The translations under genes and the position numbers were made by a program. From Polyangiales bacterium (lineage in GTDB: Bacteria > Myxococcota_A > Polyangia > Polyangiales > JADJQN01), in assembly GCA_964202905.1 (NCBI GenBank), contig CAXNJO010000003.1, forward strand, positions 160,001-224,000: a stretch of DNA of 64,000 nucleotides. Direction: 5' to 3'. The notes under the pieces are model-generated. The model was given only the letters and a program-made list of their open reading frames with translations. It did no database searches and was not told the DNA's origin. Numbering within the stretch: the stretch's first letter is position 1; each line of letters opens with the position of its first letter. Of the stretch, positions 1 to 11,379 are shown piece after piece.

Positions 1-1291
<1,291 letters not shown>

Positions 1292-1412
1292 GGCGCTCGC
1301 GGCCGCATCCTACTCGCTCCCAACCCGCGGCGTCACGGGCGCTGCACCGCCGCGCGCCTCGCGGTCCGGGGCCTGCGACTGCGTGGGCCGCCTGCTAGGG
1401 TGACGGCCACGC

Positions 1413-2054
1413 ATGAAGAGCCACGTCGCGAAGCCCGCCCGCAAGCCGCACTTCTCGATGCTCCGGACGTTCGCGCTCGCGGACCTCGTCACGCTCGGCA
1501 ACGCCGCGTGCGGCACCGGCGCGATCTTCTGCTGCCTGTCCTTCCTCGCGGAGCGGGACCGGACGCTGCTCACGGGCGCGTTCTGGCTCCTGCCCATCGC
1601 GCTCGTCTGCGACGTGCTCGATGGCAGCATCGCGCGCTGGCGCCGGAAGCACTCGCCGATCGGCGCCGACCTCGACTCGCTCGCCGACATCATCTCGTTC
1701 GGCGTCGCGCCCGCGGTGCTCGCGTTCACGCTCGGCATGCGCGGGCTCTGGGACGCGCTCGTGCTCGTCTACTTCGTCGGCTGCGGCATCTCGCGGCTCG
1801 CCCGCTACAACGTCACCGCGGCGCAGCTCTCGGACGCGAGCGGCAAGGTGAAGTACTACGAGGGCACGCCCATCCCGACCTCGCTGCTGCTCGTGCTGGT
1901 GCTCGGCGTCGCGTTCGCGCAGGACGCCTTCGGGGACGCGCTCTGGCTCGGCGCCGTCCGGCTCGGGCCGGGCCTGCTGCACCCGCTCGTGCTGATGTAC
2001 GCCGTCAGCGGGACGCTGATGGCGAGCGCGACGCTCCGCATCCCCAAGCCTTGA
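1413..2054 (+). CDS. pssA: CDP-diacylglycerol--serine O-phosphatidyltransferase (CDP-alcohol phosphatidyltransferase family)
   Basis: Motif DVLDGSIAR..G..LDSLADIISFGVAPA, plus RLARYNV and GTPIP; multi-TM protein. Confidence 0.85.
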   Translation: MKSHVAKPARKPHFSMLRTFALADLVTLGNAACGTGAIFCCLSFLAERDRTLLTGAFWLLPIALVCDVLDGSIARWRRKHSPIGADLDSLADIISFGVAPAVLAFTLGMRGLWDALVLVYFVGCGISRLARYNVTAAQLSDASGKVKYYEGTPIPTSLLLVLVLGVAFAQDAFGDALWLGAVRLGPGLLHPLVLMYAVSGTLMASATLRIPKP

Positions 2055-2085
2055 CGGGCCCGCGCGCGGCTCCCACGAAGTCGGG

Positions 2086-3114
2086 ATGACGACGCTCGAC
2101 GCCGACGACGTGATCCTCGGGGTGATGCGGCTCGGCTTCCAGTGGCCGACCCTCGACCCGTTCCTCTTCTGCGTGCACCACGACGACGCCTATCCCGCAG
2201 GCAACGAGCGGCTCGGGCCCGCGGCCTCGCTCGCGGGGCGCACGCTCGGGCAGGACTTCGAGGCCCGCGACGGCTGGCGCATGTACCACGGCGAGGTGGT
2301 GCCGGGCTTCCCGCAGCACCCGCACCGCGGCTTCGAGACGGTGACGCTCGCGCGGCGCGGACTCATCGACCACTCCGACTCCCTCGGCGCGAAGGCGCGC
2401 TTCGGTCAGGGCGACGCGCAGTGGCTCACCGCAGGCGGCGGCATCGTGCACGCCGAGATGTTCCCGCTGCTCGCGCGCGACGCGGCCAACCCGGTCGAGC
2501 TCTTCCAGCTGTGGTTGAACCTCCCGAGCGCCGACAAGCTCGCCGAGCCGCACTTCTCGATGCTCTGGGCGCCGATGATCCCCGCACACGTCGCGCGCGA
2601 CGCCGCGGGACGCGAGGCGCGCGTCACGGTGATCGCGGGGCGCTTCGCGGACGCCGTCGCGCCGCCACCGCCGCCGCGCTCCTGGGCCGCGCGCCCCGAG
2701 AACGACGTCGCGATCTGGACGCTCGCGCTCGACGCGGGCGCGACGCTCACGCTGCCGCCCGCGCGCCCGGGCATGAACCGCACGCTCTACTTCTTCGCCG
2801 GCGAGACGATGGCAATCGCGGGCGAGGACGTGCCTGCCGGCGTGGGTGTCGTGCTCCGCTCGGACGCCGCGGTGACGCTGACGAACGGCACCGCGCGCGC
2901 GGAATTGCTGCTGCTGCAAGGGCGCCCCATCGGCGAGCCCGTCGTACAGTACGGCCCCTTCGTGATGAACACGCGCGCGGAGATCGAGCGCGCGGTGAGC
3001 GACTACCGGCGCACGCGCTTCGGCGGCTGGCCGTTCACGAGCGACGATCCGGTGCACCCGCGCGAGCAGGGCCGCTTCGCGCAACACCCCGACGGCCGCG
3101 TCGAACAGCCCTGA
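2086..3114 (+). CDS. Pirin family protein
   Basis: GFPQHPHRGFETVT, HSDSLG, GGIVHAE, FQLWLNLP, EPVVQYGPFVMNT. Confidence 0.93.
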   Translation: MTTLDADDVILGVMRLGFQWPTLDPFLFCVHHDDAYPAGNERLGPAASLAGRTLGQDFEARDGWRMYHGEVVPGFPQHPHRGFETVTLARRGLIDHSDSLGAKARFGQGDAQWLTAGGGIVHAEMFPLLARDAANPVELFQLWLNLPSADKLAEPHFSMLWAPMIPAHVARDAAGREARVTVIAGRFADAVAPPPPPRSWAARPENDVAIWTLALDAGATLTLPPARPGMNRTLYFFAGETMAIAGEDVPAGVGVVLRSDAAVTLTNGTARAELLLLQGRPIGEPVVQYGPFVMNTRAEIERAVSDYRRTRFGGWPFTSDDPVHPREQGRFAQHPDGRVEQP

Positions 3115-4175
3115 CACACGCGTCCGTGTCGAGCCCGCGGGCGACGACGCGCGCCGCCCACCTCGCCCGCGAGCAGGCCGGCGCGCGCCGCCCCGGCCGC
3201 GCGCGCGCCGCGCAACCCCGCGGGGCGCGCGGGCGTCGCGGCGCGCCGCACGGCGAGCAGCGCGGGGACGGATGCGAGCGTCCACGCGAGCTGCACGGCG
3301 TGGAGCAGCATCGCGACACCGACCGCTTGCGCCTCGGTGCAGCCGATCGCCCTGTGAAAGAAGGCGAACGCGCCGTCCGTCGCGCCGAGCTGGCCAGGAA
3401 CCAGGTCGCCCGCCGTCGTACCGACGAGCAGCGCGCCGTGCGCGACCAGCGCCGACACGGGCGACACGCGCGCCCCGACCGCGTGCAGCGCGACCGCGAC
3501 GAGGAGCCATTGCGTCATCCGCGACGCAACGAGCCAACCGAGCCCGCGCATGGGCACGGCAGGCAGATCGCGCATGGCGCGCACGTAGTCCTCGCCGTGC
3601 GACGCCGCCCTGCGGAAGCGGCGTACGAGCGCGCAGACGAGCGGGCTGCGCGGCGCGAGCAGGAACAGGAGACCGAGCGCGACGAACGCCAGCGCCTGCG
3701 CGAGGAGCGGCCACGCGAGCGAGCGCGCCCCGCCCGCGAGGGCCCCGACCCCGCACGCCGCGGACGCGACCGCCGTCGAGAGGATCACGAGCCCCTGCGC
3801 CGCCGTACCCGCCGCGGCCGCACGCGCACCGCCCACCTCGCCCGCGAGCAGGCCGGCGCGCACCGCCTCCGCCGTCGCGCGGCCCGCGGGGGCAAACGTG
3901 ACGACCCCGTACGTGAGGAGGTGCACGCGAAGCAACGCCTTGAAAGCAGGCGCTTTTCCGGCGGGATAGAGCGCGCGCGACGCGAACACCTCGAGCAACT
4001 CGCGCAGCGCCTCGATCACGAGGAGCAGCGGCAGGAGCGGCGCGGCCAGCACGGCGACGTCGCGCAGCGCCGCGAGGCCCGAGCGCGAAACCACCCACGC
4101 GACGAGCGCGAGCCCGACGAGCGCGCAGAGAGCTGGTCCGACCACGCGCCCGAAGCGTGCGCGCGCGCCGCTCAC
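3003..4175 (-). CDS. Lysylphosphatidylglycerol synthase TM-domain (flippase-like) membrane protein
   Basis: GTG start at 4175 overlaps the upstream TGA (GTGA). Multi-TM, with PAGRATAE and VPGQLGATDG motifs. The 3' end is uncertain because the tail overlaps pirin. Confidence 0.65.
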   Translation of the reverse strand: MSGARARFGRVVGPALCALVGLALVAWVVSRSGLAALRDVAVLAAPLLPLLLVIEALRELLEVFASRALYPAGKAPAFKALLRVHLLTYGVVTFAPAGRATAEAVRAGLLAGEVGGARAAAAGTAAQGLVILSTAVASAACGVGALAGGARSLAWPLLAQALAFVALGLLFLLAPRSPLVCALVRRFRRAASHGEDYVRAMRDLPAVPMRGLGWLVASRMTQWLLVAVALHAVGARVSPVSALVAHGALLVGTTAGDLVPGQLGATDGAFAFFHRAIGCTEAQAVGVAMLLHAVQLAWTLASVPALLAVRRAATPARPAGLRGARAAGAARAGLLAGEVGGARRRPRARHGRVCQGCSTRPSGCCAKRPCSRGCTGSSLVNGQPPKRVRR

Positions 4176-5041
4176 GCCGACGCCGCGAGGGAAGGCAGCG
4201 TCGGACGACGGCGCTCGCGACTCTGGACCGGACGCGCGGCGGGTCCACACAGCGGCCGCAACCGCTGCTCCGTGGCCTCGTAGACGCGGACGGGCTCGTC
4301 GGTGTCGACGACCGCGGGGACGCAGAACACCTGCGCATCCCGACCGCGCCGGACCGCCCGATCGGCGGCCGCGTGCGTGTGACCGTGGAGCACGTGCAGG
4401 TGCGCTTGCCGCTCGATCAACCCGCGCAGCGGCTCGGGTCGCTCGAGCCCGTCGAGCCACTGCAACCCTGGCGCGAGGTGACGCATCGGGGGGTGATGCT
4501 GCGCGACGACGAGCGCGCGCGTGCGCAGCCACGAATCCCCGGCGAGCACCGCGAGATGGGTGAGTTGCGCGCGATCGACCGCCCCCGCCGAACGCGCGAA
4601 CGGCTGCGGAATCAGCGTGGACACCGCCACGACGGCGGCACCGTCGTGCACGACGACCGAGCCCGGCGTACTCGTCGCGCGGAACGGCGCGAGCGGCCCG
4701 GCGAGGGCCGTCTCGAAGGCGCGCGGATCGTCGTAACCATCGTGGTTCCCCGGGACGAGCGTGGTGCGCTCGGGCGAGACGCCCGCGTCGTGCAGGACCT
4801 CGGCGAGGACCGCGAACTGCGCGGGGGTCCCGTCCTCGGTGAGATCCCCGGTGATGCAGAGGTGGTCGGGGCGCGCGGCGAGGGCGAGGCGCAGCGCCTC
4901 CCGTGCCCGGGCGACGCGCGCGGCGAAGTCGATCGAGCGACCGAAGGAGAGGTAGCGCAGACGCACGTCGGAGAGTCCGCGGCGCGTGGCGTGCGCGCGC
5001 TCGACGAGGTGCAGGTCCGAGATGTGGGCGATGCGGGTCAT
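4172..5041 (-). CDS. Calcineurin-like metallophosphoesterase (CpdA/Icc-like)
   Basis: MTRIAHISDLH, ITGDL, PGNHD, QHHPP, LHGHTH. Confidence 0.9.
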   Translation of the reverse strand: MTRIAHISDLHLVERAHATRRGLSDVRLRYLSFGRSIDFAARVARAREALRLALAARPDHLCITGDLTEDGTPAQFAVLAEVLHDAGVSPERTTLVPGNHDGYDDPRAFETALAGPLAPFRATSTPGSVVVHDGAAVVAVSTLIPQPFARSAGAVDRAQLTHLAVLAGDSWLRTRALVVAQHHPPMRHLAPGLQWLDGLERPEPLRGLIERQAHLHVLHGHTHAAADRAVRRGRDAQVFCVPAVVDTDEPVRVYEATEQRLRPLCGPAARPVQSRERRRPTLPSLAASA

Positions 5042-5250
5042 GCGCGGAGGGATGCACGCCGCGCGTGTCGTCCGGTGCAACACGCGCTCACGAACGCGCA
5101 ACGATCTGCGCACGCAGGACGTCACGCGCGCACACGGACCGGCCGACGCCGCGGGCGACGCGTGGCCCGCGCGCGCACGGACACGGGCCGCCCGTGCGTG
5201 ACGGTGGCGAGACGGCCCTGCGATGCGCGCGGCGTGGGTCCGCGCGCCCC

Positions 5251-7803
5251 TCAGGGCACGACGCCGACCCCATCGCCGCGGCCGGCCACGCCCACGGTGC
5301 CCGCTGCTGTCCGTGCATCCGGCGCCGCGCCGCGCCCGGCGCGCCCGTCGCGTCGACCTCGAGCGCGCCGCGCAGCGCCTCGGCGATCGCCGTCGCGTCG
5401 CCCCCGGCCGCGACGACGTAGACGCCGTGGCTCGCGCCGCCGCAGCCGCCGCCGCCGCCGCCGCCCGCGCCGCCGCGACCACCGTCGCCGCCGCGACCGC
5501 CGCCGCGCGCGCACCAGCGCACGCTGCCGCCGCCGGGCGCGCCCGCGCCGCCGCTGCCGCCCACCGCGCCGTTGCCGCCCGCGCCGCCCGCGCCGCCAGA
5601 CGCCGTCACGACGCGCACGCCCGTCATCGTCGGGCCGGTGCTCAGCCCCGGTCCGAGGCGCACGGCGATGCCGATCGACGCGCCGCCCCCGGTCCCCGCC
5701 TCCGCGCGCGGCGCACCGCAGCCGCCCGAGCCGCCACCGCCGCCCGAGCCGCCGCTCTGGCCAGCAGGCGCTGACCGTGTCGCCGATCACGAGGTAGCCC
5801 GCGCCCGCGCTCGCGCCGCCGCCGCCCGCGCCGTCCGCCCCCGCGGCGCCGTCCGCGCCCCGGCCGCCGCTCACGGTGCCGTTGACCGCGTCGAAGGTCG
5901 ACACGCCCCCGCAGCCGAGGCCCGCAGCGCCGTCCGCGCCGGGCACCCCGTCCGCGCCGTTGGCGCCGAAGCGACCGAGCGAGGGGTTGTCGTCGCAGAA
6001 ATTGCAGACGCCGCGGTTCGTGGGGGCGTTGTACGTCAACTCCCCCGCGCGGCCACCGCCGACGCCGCGTCCGTCGCCGGGCGCCGGGTTCGCGATTGCG
6101 TCGCGCAGCACCGCGTCGATGTCGCAGACACCCGCGACGGTGTAGTCGGTGCAGCCGGCGTTCCCGCAGGGGCTGCCGTTCGCGCACGCCGGATCCTCGC
6201 AGGCCGCCGCGCCGCCCGCGCCGCCGCCCACGTCCCCGCCCGGGCAGCGCTTCGCGCCGCCGCGCCCACCGGAGACGGGCATGCACACGGCGCCGGACGG
6301 CGTACCGCCGCCGCCGCTGCCGCCCTCGGTGCCGAGCAGCTCGTCGAGCGAGCGCAGTCCGAGCTCCGCGACGTTGTCGCTCGACGCGTCGCCGCGTGCT
6401 CCGTCGGCGCCGCGTCCCGCGAGCACGAGCAGCTCGGCGAAGGTCACCGCGCCGTCGCAGCCGTCCGTGACGACGGCGGTGCTGCCCTCCCCCGCGGCCG
6501 TCGCGTCCGTCCCGTGTACGACGAACCCCTCGACACGCGTGGGCGTGCGCACCCCGCGGCAGCGCAGCGCGGGAGACCCCGGACGCGACGACGGATCCTC
6601 GAGCACGACGGGGTAGAGCGCGAGGTCGCGGTCGGTGAAGTCGGGCGCATAGCCCCCGAAGATCGACACGCCCCCGACGACGTCGAAGCCGGCGTAGGTG
6701 CCCGCCGAGACGAGCACGCTCTTGCCTTCGGCGCGGGCCCGCGCGAGCGCCCCGGGGAGCGTGCGGCGCGGCCGCGCGAGGGAACCCGGGTTGGTGTCGC
6801 TGCCGGTCGTCGCGACGTACACGAAGTCGGTGGTGTCGTCCGCGACGCCGTCGCAGTCGCCGTCACCGCCGACCGCCGGAGGCGGACCGCCGCCGTCGAA
6901 GCGCTCGCACTCGCAGCCGTTCGCGAGGATGCGGTCGACGTCGACGAAGCCGTCCTCGCACGCGACGTCGCAGCGCACGCCGTCCGCGCCGGTCGCGTCG
7001 GGCGCGCACGTCGCGCGCATGTTCGGCCCCGGCTCGACGCACGGGACGCCGCAGCGCCCGCACGCGAGGCGTGAGACGTAGAGCCCGCTCTCGTCGCGGA
7101 AGTCCTCGTCGACGGCGTCGTCGCAGTCGTCGTCGGTGCCGTTGCATGCCTCGGCGAGCACGGCCTCACAGGCGGAGAACCCCTCCTCCGCGCAGACCTG
7201 CGCGCCGGCGCACGCGCGCCCGTCACCCGCGAACACGAGGCAACCGAGCTCCGCGCCGACGGTGTCCGGGCCGCACGCGCACACGCCGCTCGCGGGGACG
7301 CACGCGCCCCCGTCGCCGCACGCGAAGCCGGGCGGGCACGCGTCCGCGGACTCGCACGGCGTCGCGCAACGCGCCTGCCCGGTGGCCGTCTCGAGGCAGC
7401 GCGCGCCCGGCGTGCGTACGGCGCAGTCGGCGTCGGAGGTGCACGCGAGGCAGAGCGCGGGCACGTCGGGCACGCAGGCGCCCGTCCCCGCCGGGTGCGT
7501 GCCGGGTGGGCACGACACGAGCACGCACGCCGCGACGGGCATCGCCGCGTCGGGGTCGACGCGGCACGCCGTCTCGGCGGCGGTCGGGAAGACCTCGCCG
7601 CAATCGACGCCGCACGCGCCGCAGTGCGCCGCGAGCGTGTAGAGCCCGGCGTCGTCGCGGAAGTCCTCGTCGACGAGACCGTCGCAGTCGTCGTCGCGGC
7701 CGTTGCACGCCTCGGGCGCGCCGCAGAGCCGCGACTCGTAGCAGCCCGCGAGCGCGAACACGGAGATCATGGAGAGCGCGAAGAAGCTGGAATGAACGCG
7801 CAT
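5251..7803 (-). CDS. Large Cys-rich/Gly-rich surface lipoprotein with two compensating frameshifts near 5760 and 5330
   Basis: Lipobox LAGC; EACNGxDDDCDxxVDEDF repeats; FVYVATTGSDTNPGS..P segment; Gly-rich tail continues in the 5088..5663 frame and then returns to frame. Confidence 0.75.
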   Translation of the reverse strand: MRVHSSFFALSMISVFALAGCYESRLCGAPEACNGRDDDCDGLVDEDFRDDAGLYTLAAHCGACGVDCGEVFPTAAETACRVDPDAAMPVAACVLVSCPPGTHPAGTGACVPDVPALCLACTSDADCAVRTPGARCLETATGQARCATPCESADACPPGFACGDGGACVPASGVCACGPDTVGAELGCLVFAGDGRACAGAQVCAEEGFSACEAVLAEACNGTDDDCDDAVDEDFRDESGLYVSRLACGRCGVPCVEPGPNMRATCAPDATGADGVRCDVACEDGFVDVDRILANGCECERFDGGGPPPAVGGDGDCDGVADDTTDFVYVATTGSDTNPGSLARPRRTLPGALARARAEGKSVLVSAGTYAGFDVVGGVSIFGGYAPDFTDRDLALYPVVLEDPSSRPGSPALRCRGVRTPTRVEGFVVHGTDATAAGEGSTAVVTDGCDGAVTFAELLVLAGRGADGARGDASSDNVAELGLRSLDELLGTEGGSGGGGTPSGAVCMPVSGGRGGAKRCPGGDVGGGAGGAAACEDPACANGSPCGNAGCTDYTVAGVCDIDAVLRDAIANPAPGDGRGVGGGRAGELTYNAPTNRGVCNFCDDNPSLGRFGANGADGVPGADGAAGLGCGGVSTFDAVNGTVSGGRGADGAAGADGAGGGGASAGAGYLVIGDTVSACWPERRLGRRWRLGRLRCAARGGGDRGRRVDRHRRAPRTGAEHRPDDDGRARRDGVWRRGRRGRQRRGGRQRRRGRARRRQRALVRARRRSRRRRWSRRRGRRRRRRLRRREPRRLRRRGRGRRDGDRRGAARRARGRRDGRAGRGAAPDARTAAGTVGVAGRGDGVGVVP

Positions 7804-10489
7804 CGCTCACCGTCACCACGACGTCAACCGCACCACCTGCGACGCCATCCGCAGCGGCGGCGCCGCCGCCGCCCCCGCGCCCCGCCGCGCCGCCGCGACC
7901 GAGCCGCACCGTGTTGCCCGTGCGCCACGCGGCGGGCTCCGCCGCTAGCCGCAGTCGGAGCTGCGCGTACCGCCGATAGGCGCCGCCGCAGCCGCCGCCC
8001 CCCGCCGCCGCCCACCGTTGCCGCCGCGCCCGCCGCGCGCCCGCGGCTGCCGCCAGCGAGCCGGCGGCGTCGAGGCGGCGCGCGGGATGTCGCCGCCCTG
8101 CCCGCCCGCCGCGCCGCGCGCCCCGTCGCCGCCCGCGCCGCCGCCGCCGCCGCGCCCGCCGTCGCCGCCACGAGCAGCACGCCGCGCAGCGTCGGCAGCG
8201 CCGCGGGCGTCCCGAGCGTCGCCTCGATCGACGCCGAGGGGCCGCCGCTCGTGCCCGGCCGACCTCGACCGCCGCCGCAGCCGCCCGCGCCGCCGCCGCC
8301 GCCGCCGCCGCCGAGCGCGTCGGGGAAGTCGCAGTCGGGCGGGACGGACTCGTACTCGGAGCCGCCGCCCGCGCCGCCACCGCCACCGCCCGAACCCGCC
8401 GTTCCGTCCGTGCCTGCGCCGGCGAGCGCCGCGACCCAGCGCTCGCCCTCGAAGCGCCCGAAGGCGTCGGCGCAGCCGCTGCCCGGCTCGCCCACCTCTC
8501 CGTCGCCGCCCGATCCGCCCGACTGCGGCCCGAGGAATCCGTCGTAGACGGTGAAATCCGCGAGACCGCAACACACATCGCGGCTGCACGCGAGGCCGCG
8601 GATCGGGCCCTGCGAGTCGCTGCCACCCGCGCCCCCGCCGCGCCCCGCGCGCCGCGCCCCCGCTCGCCGCCCGGCTGCTGCGCCATCGCAATGACGGACG
8701 TCGCCGTGCCGCCTGCGCCGCCGCCCACGTCGGCGCCGCTGCGACCGCGCGCCCGCCGGTGCCGATGGCCGATGGCGTTGCCCGCGTCGCGCACGCGCAC
8801 GCGCCGCGCCCGCTCGTCGCGTCCGGGCTGATTCGCGCTCGATCCCCGCGGCCACCGTGGCCGGCGCGATGCGGAGCGCGAGCGTGCCGGGGCGCCCGCC
8901 CCCGCGACCCCCGCGCGCAGCTCGGCCTCGCTGATGCGCAGCGCACCGCCCGGATCGAGCAGGTACGCCCCCCACGTGGCGTCCCCGGCGGCGGTCGCGT
9001 CGAGACCGCGCAGGGTGACCCACTCGACGACCGTGTCCGTGACGCCGGCCCCGCGCGCGACGAGCGCCGCGCCGCCCGGCGCCATCGTCGACGCGGGCGC
9101 GCGCACCTCGACGCGGAAGCCGCTCGGGTCGAGCGCGCGGAAGTCGCTGCGGTAGCCGCCGTGCAGCTTCACGCCGTCCGGCAAGTCGAGCGTCTCCGCG
9201 TAGCTCCCCGACGCCACGTAGACGTGCGGGCGCGCGCCCGGCCGCCCGATCGACGCGCGCGCGCGGCGCAGCCCTTCGCCGATCGTGCGGAGCGGGCGCG
9301 TCGGCGAACCGGGGCCCGTGTCGTCGCCGCCCGGCGTCACGTAGAAGCTCTCGAGCACGAGACCGTCGGCACCGTCGCAGTTCGTGTCGAGCAGCTCGCC
9401 GCTCGCGCGCACGGGGCCGGGCGCGTCAGCGGGCGACGACACGGTGCACTCGCAGCCCGTCGAGATGTCGAGGTCGCCGTCGACGCGATCGCCGGGGCCG
9501 ATGCCGTCGATCGTGTCGGGACAGCGCAGCACGCAGCGCGGCGCGAACGGGTCGCCGCCGCAGACGAGGTCGCCCTCGGGGATGGTCGACGCGGTGCAGT
9601 CGACGCCGCACTGCCCGCAGTTCCGCACGTCGAGCGCGTACGCGCCGCGCGCGTCGCGGAAGCCGTCGTCCACGAAGCCGTTGCAGTCGTTGTCGACCTC
9701 GTCGCAGGTCTCGACGGGCGCGGCGCACGTCGAGAGCACGCCGTCCGCGCACGCCTGCGCGCCGACGCAGCGCGCCCCTTCCGGATCGACGAGCGCGCAC
9801 GCGACGTCGAAGCGCTCGCCGGGATCGCACGCGCAGCTCCCGCCCATCGGCACGCAGAGCGGCACGAGGCCCGCGTCCGCGTCGCCGCCATCCGCGCTGC
9901 CGCCATCCGGCACGCCGCCGTCGGATGCGCCGCCATCCGCGCTGCCGCCATCCGGCAGGCCGCCATCGCCGAGGGGCGCCGGAACGAGGGTCGGCAGACA
10001 CGCGTAGCCCGCGGGGCAGCCGAGCGCGCAGTCGACGGCGCAGCGGCGCTCGCCGCCGATCTCCGCGCAGCGTCCGCCCGGGAAGTCACCGCAATCCGCG
10101 TCGTCCGCGCAGCCGAGGCAGAGCCGCGCGAACGCGGGCACGCAGCGCCCGGTGCTCGACCGCGCGAAGCCCTCCGCGCACGCGGTCGCGACGCAGGTCG
10201 GCGCCTCGGCGACGAGCTCGCAGGCGACGCCGAGCGCGTTCGGCAGCGACGGCGGGCAGGCCGCGCCGCACGCACCGCAATGCTCGGGCAGCGCGTAGCG
10301 GCCGAGCCCGTCGCGGAAGCCGTCGTCGACGACGCCGTCGAGGTCGTCGTCGAGCCCGTTGCACTGCTCGGGCTGCGGGCGCGGGCCGGCCGAGGCGTCC
10401 TCGCGCACGTCGCCGAGGCCGGTGCGCGCGCCGCACGCGACGAGGGGCGCGGCGCACGCAACGAAGAGAAATCCAAGGAAGTTCCGCAT
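7800..10489 (-). CDS. Paralogous large Cys-rich/Gly-rich surface lipoprotein with several apparent frameshifts; 3' end approximate
   Basis: Lipobox LVAC; EQCNGLDDDLDGVVDDGF repeats; FYVTPGGDDTGPGS..P and GVKLHGGY; Gly-rich tail distributed over several frames. Confidence 0.7.
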
Positions 10490-10552
10490 GCGGTGACCGA
10501 CCGTAGCACCCGCGGGGCCACGCCGTCCGACCGCCGCGCCGCGGTCCAGCGC

Positions 10553-11329
10553 TCAGCGGAGCAGGTCGAACGCGACCTTGCAGGAGAGCGCGCCGACCAC
10601 CGCGAGCACGCCGAGCCGGATCGCGCGCTCACCGCCCTTCACGGCGAGGTGCGCGCCGAGAAAGCCCCCCGCGAGCTGGCCGACGGCCATCGGCAGCGCG
10701 ACCTGCCAGAGCACGGTGCCCTTCCACGCGAACAGCGAGACGCTCGCGAGGTTCGAGGCGAAGTTGACGACCTTCGCGTTCGCGGTCGCGTGGGTCATCG
10801 GCTCGCGCAGCAGCAGCACGAAGGCGAGCAGCACGAACGTGCCCGTCCCCGGGCCGAAGAAGCCGTCGTAGGCCCCGATCGCGAGCGCGATGCCGAGCGC
10901 GAGCACGCGAGCCTTCCCACCGGACGGCGCGGGCCGCGCGTCGGTCTCGCCGGGCGCCGGCGGGCGACGCAGCACGACGACGAGCGCCGCGCACACGAGC
11001 AGCACGAGCACGAGCGGCTTGAGCGTCTTGGGGTCGACGAGCAGCACGAGCGCGGCGCCCGCGAACGCGCCGAGCAGCCCCGCGGGGAAGGTCCACCGCG
11101 CGCGCCCGACGTCGAGCCGCCCCGCCCGCGCGAACGCGATCGTCGCGGCGAGCGAGCCGAACACCGACTGCCCCTTGTTGGTGCCGAGCGCGTGGTGCGG
11201 ATCGATCCCGACGGCGAGCAGCGCCGGCAGCGTGAGCAGCCCGCCGCCCCCCGCGATCGCGTCGATCGTCCCCGCCGCGAGGGCGGTCAGCGCGAGCAGC
11301 GCGATCTGCAGCGGCGTCGGGTCCGGCAC
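10553..11329 (-). CDS. TSUP (TauE/SafE) family transporter, YfcA-like
   Basis: AGTIDAIAGGGGLLTLP, ALGTNK, GAYDGFFGPGTGTF, AKVVNFASN; probable GTG start at 11329. Confidence 0.9.
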   Translation of the reverse strand: MPDPTPLQIALLALTALAAGTIDAIAGGGGLLTLPALLAVGIDPHHALGTNKGQSVFGSLAATIAFARAGRLDVGRARWTFPAGLLGAFAGAALVLLVDPKTLKPLVLVLLVCAALVVVLRRPPAPGETDARPAPSGGKARVLALGIALAIGAYDGFFGPGTGTFVLLAFVLLLREPMTHATANAKVVNFASNLASVSLFAWKGTVLWQVALPMAVGQLAGGFLGAHLAVKGGERAIRLGVLAVVGALSCKVAFDLLR

Positions 11330-11379
11330 GGCGCGCCTTCTACACCAAAGCGGCCACCGCCGCGCGTGCTGGTCCGCGC

